A stretch of DNA of 64,000 bases. Origin: Euglena gracilis. Taxonomy: Eukaryota. Shown here in pieces: positions 25,561-37,559 of the stretch. How positions within the stretch are numbered: the stretch's first letter is position 1; the number at the start of each line of letters is the position of its first letter. Where the stretch lies: the NCBI GenBank assembly GCA_039621445.1, contig CP154954.1:30632395-30696394 (forward strand), in the 5' to 3' direction. The position numbers and the translations under genes were made by a program. The notes under the pieces were generated by a model that did no database searches, was not told the origin of the DNA, and saw only the letters and a list, made by a program, of their open reading frames with translations.

Positions 25561-26199
25561 GTCCTCTTTTAGGATTCGTGGGTGAAGTCCCTTTTAAAGA
25601 GAGAATTTTATTATTTATTTGACAAAGCTCGAAGGATCAAAATGTACCTTGAAACAAGGGACTGCGGTCCCACTCTTCCGCCTTGCCTTTGTGCTTTGCA
25701 GCAAAAGTGGAAAAGCGAAGCAATTTTTATTGTTACTCCCCTCTCCGGCTGTTTGGTGGAAAGGTTTAAGCAGAAAAGCGAGGGCGGTACGTAAATTAGG
25801 TAGCAGATTATGTATAACGGTCAAACGACCAACGGTAAGCTCAGAAAAAGTTATGTACGCATGGGCGAGGTGTCTCAGGGGCACAAGCAGCTACGGTCGC
25901 ACGACAAAGCCTCTGAGCCCCCAACTTTGCTAACATTTTTGGGTTTTTTAAGGCAATTTTTACAATTTTTACAAACTTTTCACAAACTTTTAGCAAAAAA
26001 TCCAAAGCGAAAATCTAACAACGGAAACACACCTATTAACAAAGCCTTCGTAATAGTTTCGCTTCGTGGGCTGCAGGACGCACGCGAGGTCGCTACAAAG
26101 AATTTTTTTCAACAAGGGGCGGACGCCCAAGCCGCTTCGGCGGTACCTTACCTTCACAAAGGAAAGCCAGAAGTAGGGTGGGGGGTGTAAGCCGACTGT

Positions 26200-29100
26200 A
26201 TCTGTCCCAAATTTTGTAAGGGTTCAATTTGTTTGGGTAACATATATCCACCGTTGGACAAGTGAAAGTTCGTTTCCCGCTATTTCTTGGCGGTAAATGT
26301 CTTTGATAGTCGTGGGAATGAAATGGAGTACAACAATATCGAATTGTTCTTTCATGTGGTTCTCTCTTAGTTCATCAACTTCAGCAGCCAATCCAAACCA
26401 TTTAGAGAACCAAAGGTTCGATCCATTTTTGGTCGCTGGGAGCGAATTGCCGCCGTTTTTTCTCCAGCGCACTTTGCAAAATTAGGCTTCAACAAGTTGA
26501 TGCACGTTGGTCAAACAGTTCATCAAAAGTAATCCGATTCCGCGTCACCAGTTTTCGGCAGCGTTATTTTTCTTCTTTGGGGACGCATTCAATAAAGTCC
26601 ACCTTGATTACCTCGGGGTTCCCGTCCTGGGTCGGACCGTTCAGGCCCCAGTACCTATACCTATACCTCGTCGCACCGAAATTAGTTCCAAGTTGTGGGA
26701 TATCCTTCCCATTGTGACTTCACTTTGTTGGCAATTATAGTTGTACCTTTGTCGTGTTGTGGTCCGGGATTTCCGTCATTGTTGTTGGTATTGGGTTGCG
26801 ATGGTGGTGTACGCGAATGCGTATCCAGGATGTCAAGCATTGCACCATAGGTGCAATGGGTGTTTGGCGCATCGTGAATCCGCGAGTTTTGTGGTTATAT
26901 GTCGTCATTCCGTGATTCTGATTGTAAGATGTCGCGATTGCGCAACTCGGGGTGTGTTAACATACGACTGGGGTAGGAATCCTGTTGTTCACGGCAAATC
27001 AGGGAACTGCGATAGATTCCGCGTTTCGCGTTCGCCACCAATGACCAATACCCTGGGTAGGGGTATGGCTCATACCACTAATCAGTTTCGAGTCACGGAA
27101 TTATTGTTGTAAATGCAGAGGATTCGCGGTTTTTGATGCAACAAACGGTTCCTCATTCGAAAGTTCACCCCTAGGGGCGGGGAATCTTAAGTTGGGCTAC
27201 GCGCATGTTGTTGCAATCGTGATTGTAGGCACGTTCATGATCATGTGCAAACATGGATGCTTGTACGGCATGTGCATCCGGGGACGTTTGTATGGGTGAC
27301 CATATTTTGCCTTAGGAATAGTTGGCATCCAACGGAAGTCCAATTTGATGCACAAAGTCGCGATTTGGATGTCGGTCATCCGAAGATGCTTCGGTTGATG
27401 CCCGAACAGCGCTTTGTGAGCTAGAAGTGGCAATTTGGCCACCGAAAGCTGCGTTTTAATGGGCAAAATGCAGGGGGGAGTTGCGGGATTTTGCATGTGT
27501 CCCATCCAAACTCAGTGCAAAATCTTAGTCACTTTGTTCCAGTGAACCATCCTCCCGGAAGGGGACCAGAATTAGCTCAAAATCACGCTGCAAACACTTT
27601 ATATGTTTTCGGCATGAGAGTAGTTCATCCAAAAGTGATCATTTTTCAACAATGGATTAAAGATCCGCTGAAAGCTTTGTAAAAGTTTGGAAGCTTTGTC
27701 AAAGAATTGGAACCGATTGGCAAAAGTTTCCTTTGCGGTTGCAATGGTGTTCAGCCGATTCTTGGTTTGTGGGTGATTGGTACCCAACGCGGGTTGGGGC
27801 ACCTCTGCCGCATTTTTGGCGGTTTTGTCATCCATCATTGTACAGTTTCGGTAACACACGCGGATTCGATTTTGTTCACAATTGCTTGCAACTGATTGTG
27901 CAAGTCAGTTACGGTGGATCTCAGGGCTCCCATACTGGTATTTGTGGTAGAAATTTCCGCAAAGCGGCGTTGTAAGTCTTGAGTCGCATTTTGCAGGCCC
28001 GAAACATCCTCAAAAGTGGTTTACACGTCTGCAAACGTGGTTTGGAGTTTCCGCAGTCGCAGTTTGTAGCGTAGTAATGACAGCTTCTCGGTCTTGGAGT
28101 AAGCCAAGAATCACCGCATCGCGGGTTTTGGAGATCCGCCGTAGCGGATTGTAGTGCATTGGTAACGGTTTCGAGTTTTGGTATGTAGTTTTCCACTTTT
28201 TTGGATTAAATCCTGCCGATGTGCATATTCTGCAACTTGATTGAGCAATCTGGTCAATTTGTGGGAACGTTCACAACATTTGCAGTAATTCTGTTCCAAA
28301 GAAGCAATCAAATCAACAAGAAAGCAACAAGTACCGGACCAAGCAACAAGAAATACACTCTTCCTTAACATTTTCGCCTGCCAGTGTGCAAAATTGATGA
28401 AAACTGGCGTTTTCGTCACCTAAACGCAAAACGAGTTCTTTGGATTGTTGAAAAGCATTCGATACGATTGAAAGTGCTCATATGAGACATATGAGCCCAG
28501 TTCCGCACCCGTAGGCGCATAATGCCGTTGTTGTAACCGGGACTGCATTTCTTGCGTTGTATAAGAAAATTTTTCCAGTTGTGTGAACAAGGGTTGTAGG
28601 TGTTGTTGCTAATGTAAAAACGTTGCGTTATTTCGCGACGCATGCAGGGTCTCACTTACTTGTTGGAAGTTTTGTACAAAGGTGGTGCGCAAAAATGTGT
28701 CAAAACTTTGGTGGAGGTTTTGTCGGTCCATTGCAGTGGAGTTTAAATTCTTTTGGCAAATTCCCCTGTGTCTTGGACATATTTCCAGAGGAAATCCAGC
28801 TTGCCGAAAAGGGCTTTGTGGCTGTATTCATAAAAATTGTAGGACTTTGATCAGTGCTTTGTCGCAATTTTGGACACATACTTCGACGTGTCGAAATTAC
28901 TGTTGTAATTAGTGGTTCTCCAATAAATTTTCGAGTACGCGCTCAACAGGGAGAACTCATCCCGGTCTTTCTCGGGGTCATTGTCAATGGGAACAATGAC
29001 ACCGGCAGTGTCCAGGACCATCAACCGCATTTTAGCGCACCTGGGGAAGGCTGGTAATTTCCCCAATTGTGGAGGGGGTAAACTCCCGAATCAGGCTTAC

Positions 29101-29300
29101 AGGAGGGAGAGCCTTGCGGGGGGCAAGGGTTGGAAATAACAAGGTGTTTCCAACCCGGCCGGCCCGGCGAGGGGGGGTGGGTTCCACTGGCGATTGGGTG
29201 CCAAAAGGCACAAATTTACAATCCCGTTTGGGCGTTCTGCCCATTTCTGTGTCAAACTCCGCTGAAGCGGAGGTGGTCCGCAAACCCATTACTGGGGATT
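26200..29300 (-). pseudogene. Decayed gag-like region, antisense to the J pol remnant
   Basis: Fragmented coiled-coil, low-complexity and capsid-like ORF pieces on the minus strand; weak evidence. Confidence 0.4.
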
Positions 29301-29319
29301 TCGCGAAACCGGGTTTGGT

Positions 29320-30950
29320 TCGAAAACTGTACTTGACATTCCTGACCCGTACAAACCATATGTACTGTAGGTCGACAGCGGCGACTATGCTGTCAGCGGT
29401 TTGTTGAGTCAAAATTCCTCGTCCAATTAACTGCGCCCTGTAGCATTATTCATCAGAAAGCTACAAGGTGAAAACGGCAAAGGATAATTCATATGGAGCA
29501 TACGAGAAAAGAAGACGCATGCCATTCTCCTTAGCCTACGAAAACTCCGAAGTTGGGTGGGCAGTTCTCTGGTACAAATACTAGTGTTGACAGACCGTGA
29601 GTCTCTCCAACACAGGTACACTGAAGAACTTGAGCAAAACCATGTCCTCATTTGGCCGAAGATGCCGTTGTCACGAATTTTTGAGTCAATTCAACCTGGT
29701 GGTAGCTTACACACCAGGTCACACTCAAGAAAGAGCGGACCAACTTTCCCGAGCACCTTGACACATTCGCAAGGCGCGCAGATGCTGCTAATGACCTACT
29801 AAACAAATAGCCTGTTTCGAGGCTTTTGTTGTGGACGCCGATAGCCTCCGTACGGGGAAGTATCATTCCGAAAAATCAAACGTAAAGGCGTGAAGGTGGC
29901 ATTCTCAACCATTTCACCATTACGAAGTCTTTGTAGGACATCATTGTAAAAATGATCCTTGGAATAATCCCATTCGCGAAAAATAGAGTGGACGTTGATT
30001 CGGATCACATGACTCGGCGGTGCCCCGGCATTCTGCCGCGTTGCTGGCAAATACTGCAAACCCTGTGACCTGGTTGATGACTTAATTTTATGTTATCACG
30101 ACCAAGGTCACCCTGGTGCACCCAAACTGCTTTCCTTGGAGAGACTTAGTTACTATACAACACTGACAGGAAAAAAAATTGTACAAGCGCTGTTTGCAAA
30201 TTGTGCAAAGGTGTCAAATTTGTCAAGCTGTTAAACCGCGCAGAGGTACCCCCCCCTGGTACGATGGTCTTCTTCCCTGTACCAAACGACATTTTACACC
30301 CCCCAGCATATATTTTATGAAATTAGAAAATTGCAAAGGGTCAGATGACAAAAATTTACGATTACGTTATTGTTGTCACCTGTCGGCTAAGTGGGTGCAT
30401 CGTAGCCATTCCTTGCCAGAAAGCAGGGTTGACAGCACAAGTTTTTGCAGAAATGTTTTTAGAATACTGCATTTGCCTGATGTGTTTACTGAATTAAATC
30501 GTCAGTGACCAAGCATATTATTCCTTTCTGAGAAGCCACAACTCTTTGTGGCTTCCTCGGAATTGAGCTGCACTTTTCTATGATTTACTGTCCAGAAGGC
30601 AAAAGTCGCGTGGAAGCGGCAGAGAAAGCCGCAGTGAACATGCTACGACTTTCACTCGCCGAAACGCACAAAGCCTGGCTACAAGTATTGCCCTTTTGTT
30701 TATTTAACACTAACGCTTTACCGGGTTTGATATTACAATAATAACCATAAAAAATCGTCTTCGGACGAGAACCTCCAGCCATTGGCGACATCCAGACAGA
30801 ACGACCTGCTCGTTCTAGCGTGTTTTGCGAAACATGGTTCTCTAAAGTTTTATCACTTCGCACGTATGTGCAAAAGCGTGTACACGCTATAAACTCACAA
30901 AAAATTTCACAAGGCTGAAAACTCTGAAAAAAACGAAACAACATTCAAAT
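29320..30950 (+). pseudogene. Decayed Gypsy RNase H-integrase (element J)
   Basis: IPDPYKPYVL*VDSGDYAVSG, VLTDRESL, HDQGHPG, CQICQAVK, GKSRVEAAEK. Confidence 0.8.
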
Positions 30951-32591
30951 TCCTGTAAACACCTTCTAATGGACAGATATACAAAGAATTTTGTACGTGG
31001 TGTAGACTTTTGACAAAACTTACAATGGGCGGATACCGAAAACATACAATGAGCGGATGCCAAAATGTATAACAGGCGGATGCCAAATCATTTTGACCCC
31101 AGCGAAGGACTTCTCACAAAAGGACTACGGTCCTATACAACACATTTTTAGTACACTTGGAGATACAATACTTTTATCTTATACTTGGTGTGGATATGCA
31201 TACAACATTATTTTTGTTTGTGTGTGCAACGTTTGCCTGCGTATAATGTTAACAGTACAATAATTCCTCATTCTTCTGTTTCCCCACAGCTCATTGCGTG
31301 CTTTTATCTGCTTTCTTTCAAGATGGATGCTGGAGGATGGGGACCTGGTCCCCCCATCCTCCCAACCGTATTTTCCCCCCGGACAACCTCCAACGGGATG
31401 ACCATCATCCATAACCCCCTTTGGGAATACGAGGACTTGCACTTCCACACGGAAGGCAGTTGCCCGTTCGGCATGTACAAGCTGCTTCGGCAGCAAGGCT
31501 CGTAGTGGCTAATCCCTCTGTCGCACGTTGAACAAAAACAACATACACAGACGGGACACCCTACACTTGGTGACTCTCACACGCATTCCCTAACCCTTAA
31601 TCGCACTCAATCTACCTACGACCAGTTCGCGGTGCCGCAACCGCTGCCCCCAAGGAGATATGATGTGGCTACTAGTAGCCACGCTGTTTTTGGGGAGGCA
31701 GAACAACGTTATGTCGAATATGAGCAAAGGTAACTCACCGAACAACTTCGTAGTCACTGTCCTACGGCACAACCTCCTCAAAGGCAGTATGCCACACAAC
31801 CCCTACAAGGGCAGCATGCCGCACTGGCAGAACCTCAACGGCATTATGCCACTCCTGTGATGCCTCGGTACCTTCAGTACATGGGTGAACTGTCAACTGC
31901 CTCAACAGATACAATACGCAGTGCACTGCACACGAGCGCAATCGAAAGACTGGATCCGTTCATCCGCCTGACGTCGGATTCATACTGTCGACGATTGCTT
32001 ACCATCGCCAACAAGCCCATCGCCGACGTGTGGTTCCAGACAGCGATAGTGGGTAGAATCTTTTTCCAACCCGGAGAAACCGGTTTTCCAGATAATGTTA
32101 CCTTACGGGACCTGGGAGTCCTGGTCCCGCCTGTGCTCCGCGGAGTGCACCCTGTGGGTTCTTACGCAGGACACGGGTTTTCCTAAACTCCTGAACTCAC
32201 AGAAAGTGAGGTGTGCGATGTTCGAATGCAAGAACCAATATACCCACCACAACAACGTTTTACTTCTCATCCACGCATGATACCTGCCTGGAACCGGGGG
32301 GCTGGTGTTCAATCACAATACTTTTTGGAGGCCAAAGGGCCCTACGATGAAGTGTATGGTGACAACATACGGCCGAAGAGGCATATGACTAGAATGTAAC
32401 GGCAAGAAACTGAGCCGGATTATACCACAGAAAACAAAAAAAGAACCCCAACCATCACAAGCACAAAGACCAAGTACCACTGACGTACCGCTGTCGGAAC
32501 CAACAGCGGTACGGTCGTGGGAGAATGACCCCTGCGTCCCGTAGAGGACCGAACATGTGCGGCGGATGGGACAGCCTACGACGTCAGGTAG

Positions 32592-32892
32592 CCGGCGCGT
32601 AGTACCAAGCCGAGTATCGCTCGAGTAGTTTAGTCAGTAAGGTGTTGGACTAACACGCGGGAGGTCGTGGCTTCGAGACCAAGGTGCCGCCGTGTGGGTC
32701 CTGGTCGATCATGTACGGGCAGAGGGCATGCTGCGGCGATCAACCGGCGCGTGCAACTGCGCACAGGGAGGAAGGCACTGGTTGTCTGGACGTTGTGTGT
32801 GGTTCCCCGCCTGAGGACGTGCCACGGCCTCAAGTAGCACAAGCGTCGGCCCCTTGGCCATCCAACGGTGGGTGGTGACAACCTACATACAC
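32592..32892 (+). repeat. ~300-bp repeat with tRNA-like head, copy 1
   Basis: Diverged direct copy of 33370-33666. Confidence 0.75.
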
Positions 32893-33369
32893 ATTAGCGG
32901 GTGAATCCGTCCAATGCCACACGAACCGCAGATCAGAACTTTAACCCAGGCCGCCCGAAAGGCGGAGGCAGACGCGCCGAATCTAGGACGACTGAAACTC
33001 CAACACCGTTGCAAAGTCTCATGCCGATGCGAACGAGGATGCTCCAAGGCGGCAGATGGAAGACGATAACACGTAAAGTGCCGGCTATACTAAACCCGAG
33101 CTGCAGGGGTCGGCAGCCTGGTGACACAGTACTCGTTAAATGCACTAGCGAACTACGGATGTGTAAGGAGCTTTGGGCGGCAATAAACACTGTAAAAAGC
33201 CACAGCAGACAAGGGAAACAGTTTCCTTGTCAGTAGACAACCAGGTAATCTACTATTACCTAACAAAAGGGGAGGGGCAGAAGTGGCCCCTTCACTTGCA
33301 AGACCCTTTTTAAATGGTGCATGAAGCACAAAGTAAACCTTCAAGTAAAATGTGTCACTTCAAAGGAAT

Positions 33370-33666
33370 CCGGCGTGTACTACCAAGCCGAGTATCGCTC
33401 GAGTAGCTTGTTCGGTAAGGTGCTGGGCTCATGCGCTGGAGGTCGTGGGTTCGAGACCCAGGTCCCACCGTGTGAGTCCTGGTCGATCCCGTATGGGCAG
33501 AGGGCACACCGTGTGGATCGACTGGCGCATGCAACTGCGCACAACGCTAAGACACTGGTTGGCCGGACCTTATGCGTGGTTCCCCGCCTGAGGACGTGCG
33601 ACGGCGAGTAGGATGAGCTTCTGCCCCTTGGCCGTCCAAAAGTGGGTGGTGACAACCTACATACAC
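33370..33666 (+). repeat. ~300-bp repeat with tRNA-like head, copy 2 (SINE- or LTR-like)
   Basis: A-box-like TAGCTTGTTCGG, CTCAT loop, B-box GGTTCGAGACC (33448-33458). Confidence 0.7.
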
Positions 33667-34860
33667 CGAACTCAGTATGAACGAGTACCATAAACCTCAG
33701 ACTTTGCCTATACAATAAAATGGGAACAATACCTTCCCCTCGACAATGTTGTCAAACTCGGTGCCCATTTTGGAACACCAAGTGGAAGGTGTAATCATGG
33801 ATGGGATTGGACCGCACTCAGAAATTTTGGGGATGCCAACGTGGGCACATCCAGAAGTGCTGCGTGTTAACGCTCCGAAATGAAGACACGGACCTACGTT
33901 TCAAGTGCTTCGGTTACAGCTCCTGCGACGCCAGGAGCTCAACATACTCCAGCACCACAACCAACACCGGTGCAAGCAGTTACGACTGCATCACAACCTG
34001 TTTCTGTTTCCAAAACACTGCGGACGGGTGAAGCAGTCTCCGCCGCTCAAACAACACAAACTCAACCTGCCTCACCAGCAGCAGCCTCAACCCAACCAGT
34101 ACCTGCACAACGAACCGGACCCCTTCCCAAGCCTCGCAGCCGGCCCGTGCCCTAATACTAGCACCATCGACAATTCTTGTAAGGGCACCTCCTGTTCCGA
34201 CTGCACGACCACCTACTCCTTCACAACTGCCTTGGCTGGACAGCAACAACCGCCTGTTTAACAGCGACAACCGTTCCCTGGTCAACCTCGGTTTGAGTCG
34301 CCTGCACAACGCGCCACCTATGAGAAAACTCCACGAACGACCTGAATTCCCCAGCAAGACCTTACAACGTTGGCACGCAAAAAATTCTGCGTGCACCGCA
34401 ATTTGCAAGCCCACCACAAACACGTCCAATGCCAGAAACACAACGTCGTCGTTTGGAAGATGCCCCACAAAGCGCGCAGTCGCAGCAGGATTGTCAGAAA
34501 AGCGATGACCTGCCGATCCCACCAAACGTAAAAAGATCAGCATACTAAATGCAACACGAACTACGTCTGCATGTTCCCGCAGACGACATCACTGGATATT
34601 GCACTTGTTGCATCACCATTACAATGTGGAGAGAAAACAACGAGCATTCCGGAAAGACGGTGCATAGCGTTGGACCGAAGCCGTACGTTAAGCGGAAAAA
34701 GGACAGTAAGGCCAGAAAGGCAAAGGTAAATGTGAAGGATCACAACCAGCTTGCGACCTGGACGTAAAATTCATGACTGATCACCTGTTCTTGGAACTGT
34801 GCCTGGTGTCCCGAATGGCCCAGTCCAGAAGGGAAGGCAGGCAGTGCCCTTGGAGGGGGA

Positions 34861-35055
34861 TGTATACCAGCCAGCCATTATGCCATGGCACTGTGTACCA
34901 GATACAAGCTGGCTACGGCCTAAAATCTGGCCACAGCCGAGCCTATACAGTACTATGGTTAAGCATAAAACAACGAGAGACTCTCATTCTGAGAGCGAAA
35001 GCTTAACAAGATAAGTGGTACCAAAATTCAAGGTTACAGGGTTTGGTGCTTTGCA
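34861..35055 (+). repeat. 3' LTR-like repeat of element J
   Basis: Preceded by the purine run GGAGGGGGA; TG...CA termini. Confidence 0.75.
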
Positions 35056-35784
35056 ACTCTCAAATTAAAGGGCCCCTGTGGGTCCCATTTGGGGGTCCTC
35101 CTGGGCCTGAGCCATGTAGTAAGGCCTCACTGGGCTGAAAGCTGGTTAGCTTCTGGCCCCCATGGCGTAGAAAGTGATGCCCCCAGTGGGCTAGAAATTC
35201 TTGGCGGTAATGGCTCTGGTCTGCATTGCCTGGCTTCTCTTTGCCTTTGGCTTAACTTTAAGTGGGTCTCAAGCTGCATGTGAAGACCGGGGTGGCCTCT
35301 GTGAGCCCCCCTTTCCCCTTTGAGGGGTTGTGAATTGGAGACTTTTTAGGGGTTGTAGGCAAGCATTTTTTGTCCCGTCCAGTGGGAATGTGCTTGCAGA
35401 ATCGGCCTCCAAGTCCCGGTCGATGTTGTCTCCCTGGGTCTACGTTCCATCTGCCGGTACTGGGGATTTGAATTGATGGGGACTTTGGTGGATGACAACC
35501 TTGGGGCACCCATTGTTTCCGCTTGTTGGAATCTGGGCCGAACTTTCTGTTACCATGGGTTTGATATTGGTTTTCTGTTTGGTTTTTTGGCCACCAACTG
35601 CCAAGAGCTGTGGGTGCCCCTTTATGGTGAGGAAGTGTCCGAAAAGGAAATTTTCTTTTGGGGGAAGCCATGGTGTGTCAGAGAGAGGCGCACCACCAGG
35701 AAGAGAACTTTCCCAATAGGTATTTATTTACAAACTTTACGAAATGTTGAACAGTTCCTTTCTCCTTGGTGTTGAATGGCAAGT

Positions 35785-36140
35785 AGGAGTCAGCCAACTC
35801 TAGTGAGGCTGCAATAAGTGCAAACTCCTAACCCAGCGCACCAAAACAATCACAACAAACCTCCGGCGATCAAGGCATCGCCTGAAAAAGTCTTTTTGCT
35901 TCGCCCTCGGTGTCCCTTCCTCCTTGGTCGGTTTGCCTCGAGGGGGTGCGACTGCCGGCAAGAAAGGCATGGTGTTTATGAATCCCGAGGTGTCCGAACC
36001 AAACGCGCCGGAACAGTTTAAAGAGCACCGCCAGCAATCAAGGCATGTCCTCTCAAAACTATTTGTGCTTTGCCCATGGTGCCCCTACCTCCCATGTCGG
36101 TTTTGCACGAGGGAGTACGGGGATACCAAGGCCACGGACG
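35785..36140 (+). repeat. DIRS terminal-sequence remnants (plus orientation)
   Basis: gtcagccaactc...cctaacccagcgca...cttcgccctcggtgtcccttcctcc, matching the ends of elements F and H. Confidence 0.7.
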
Positions 36141-36427
36141 CTAGGCCGTTCACCTCCCTGGCACACTTCGTTGTGCTCAGTCCAAAAACCATCCACCTCT
36201 TCCCGGATTCGATCACGGGGACGATGTGCACCGTCGCGGCCTTCGACAAAAGGACCGCCACATTGTACCCTTGAAAAACTTCCCTCGGCACGAGGTTTTT
36301 ACGTTGTCTATCGGAGTCAATTTATTTGCGGTCGTTGCCAACTGACGTTTTGCGAAGGACATAAATATCCACCAAATTGGGCACCAGAAAACAATAGGAA
36401 GCGCCACTCCAAGTAACATACAAACAG

Positions 36428-37160
36428 TCGTACTCCCTCGGGGAGACCGACAAGGGAGGAAGGGACACCGAGGGCGAAGCACAAAGGCCTTGAGAAACCA
36501 TGCCTTGTTCGCTGGCGGTTTGTTGTGTGATTGTTCGATGCGCTGGGTTATGAGTCCCTTCCTAGTGCTGTCTCGCCGGGGTTGTCTTACGATGCTGCTC
36601 CGACTTGGCAACGTGAATTTTTGCCCCTTGGGTGGTGCACCCATTTACTGACCGAGGGCTCTTGAACACAAATTTCCTTTTACGGGGGGGAGTTAGGCTC
36701 ACAAGGCGTTTGAGCTTCGTCCTCGGTGTCCCTTCCTCCCTTGTCGGTCTGCCTCGAGGGAGTACGAGACACCTCGGGCTCTGCATTTTGCCCTTGTCAG
36801 GCTTGACTGTGCACTGAAATTTGAGGGGCCAGGGCACTTCCTAAAACGCTTCGGGCTCCAAGCGTTTTAGGATGGGTTGTGAAGCATCCACCCTCCTCCA
36901 CTGGCCAATTTCACAAACTTCTTGGGCTGAAACCCCCAATTTTTGGAGTGAACCAACTCCCGTCCCTCTGGTGGAGTGTGCCCCCCACACCTGGGGTGAT
37001 ACCCCATGTTTCGCCAAAAAATATTTAGTGGTTGAAGCAACAGTGTCTGCACTGATGGCTTTACATGGAGGCTTTAATGAAATAAGATGGGATCCCCGGG
37101 GTTCGACGAATAAAGGTGTTGCAGCCACAGGGATTGCGCAATTCGTTAATAATTGCGCAT
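36428..37160 (-). mobile_element. 3' end of DIRS-like element H (YR C-terminus plus terminal inverted repeat)
   Basis: WGAHSTRGTG...EIGQWR YR motif; inverted repeat 36428-36494 / 36698-36767. Confidence 0.85.
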
Positions 37161-37559
37161 AGTATACCAAGTAACCCCCCAAGCTGTAGCTCCCCCCAAA
37201 TGTACATTTGTTTTGCACAGTGCTCTGTTCTTCTGTCAATTATTGTCACCAATTGCGTTGCATTTTCTAGTGTCAAATTTCAAGTCAATTCAGGATGTCA
37301 AAAAGTATCAAGTTCCATTGAGAAGTCAATTTAAACCCAAGAGTCCAAGCACGTCATTGTCATCTGCATCTACACCAACACCCAGCCCTACCCCACATTT
37401 ACCACACTCCCCTAAAGGTAAAATGCTCACCAAGTGAGCCTGACGTGTTCACATTTAAAGGACCCTATTCAGGTTGCGCCCCCAGGGGTCCCTTCACAGG
37501 GACCACAGGCGGGGCATCCCTTTTCTGGTTAAAATGACCAACACCCCAACCCAGCCACC

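Noticed and set aside
33397-33470. Functional tRNA-Met gene
   Set aside because: The acceptor and anticodon stems do not pair, and it lies inside a duplicated repeat.
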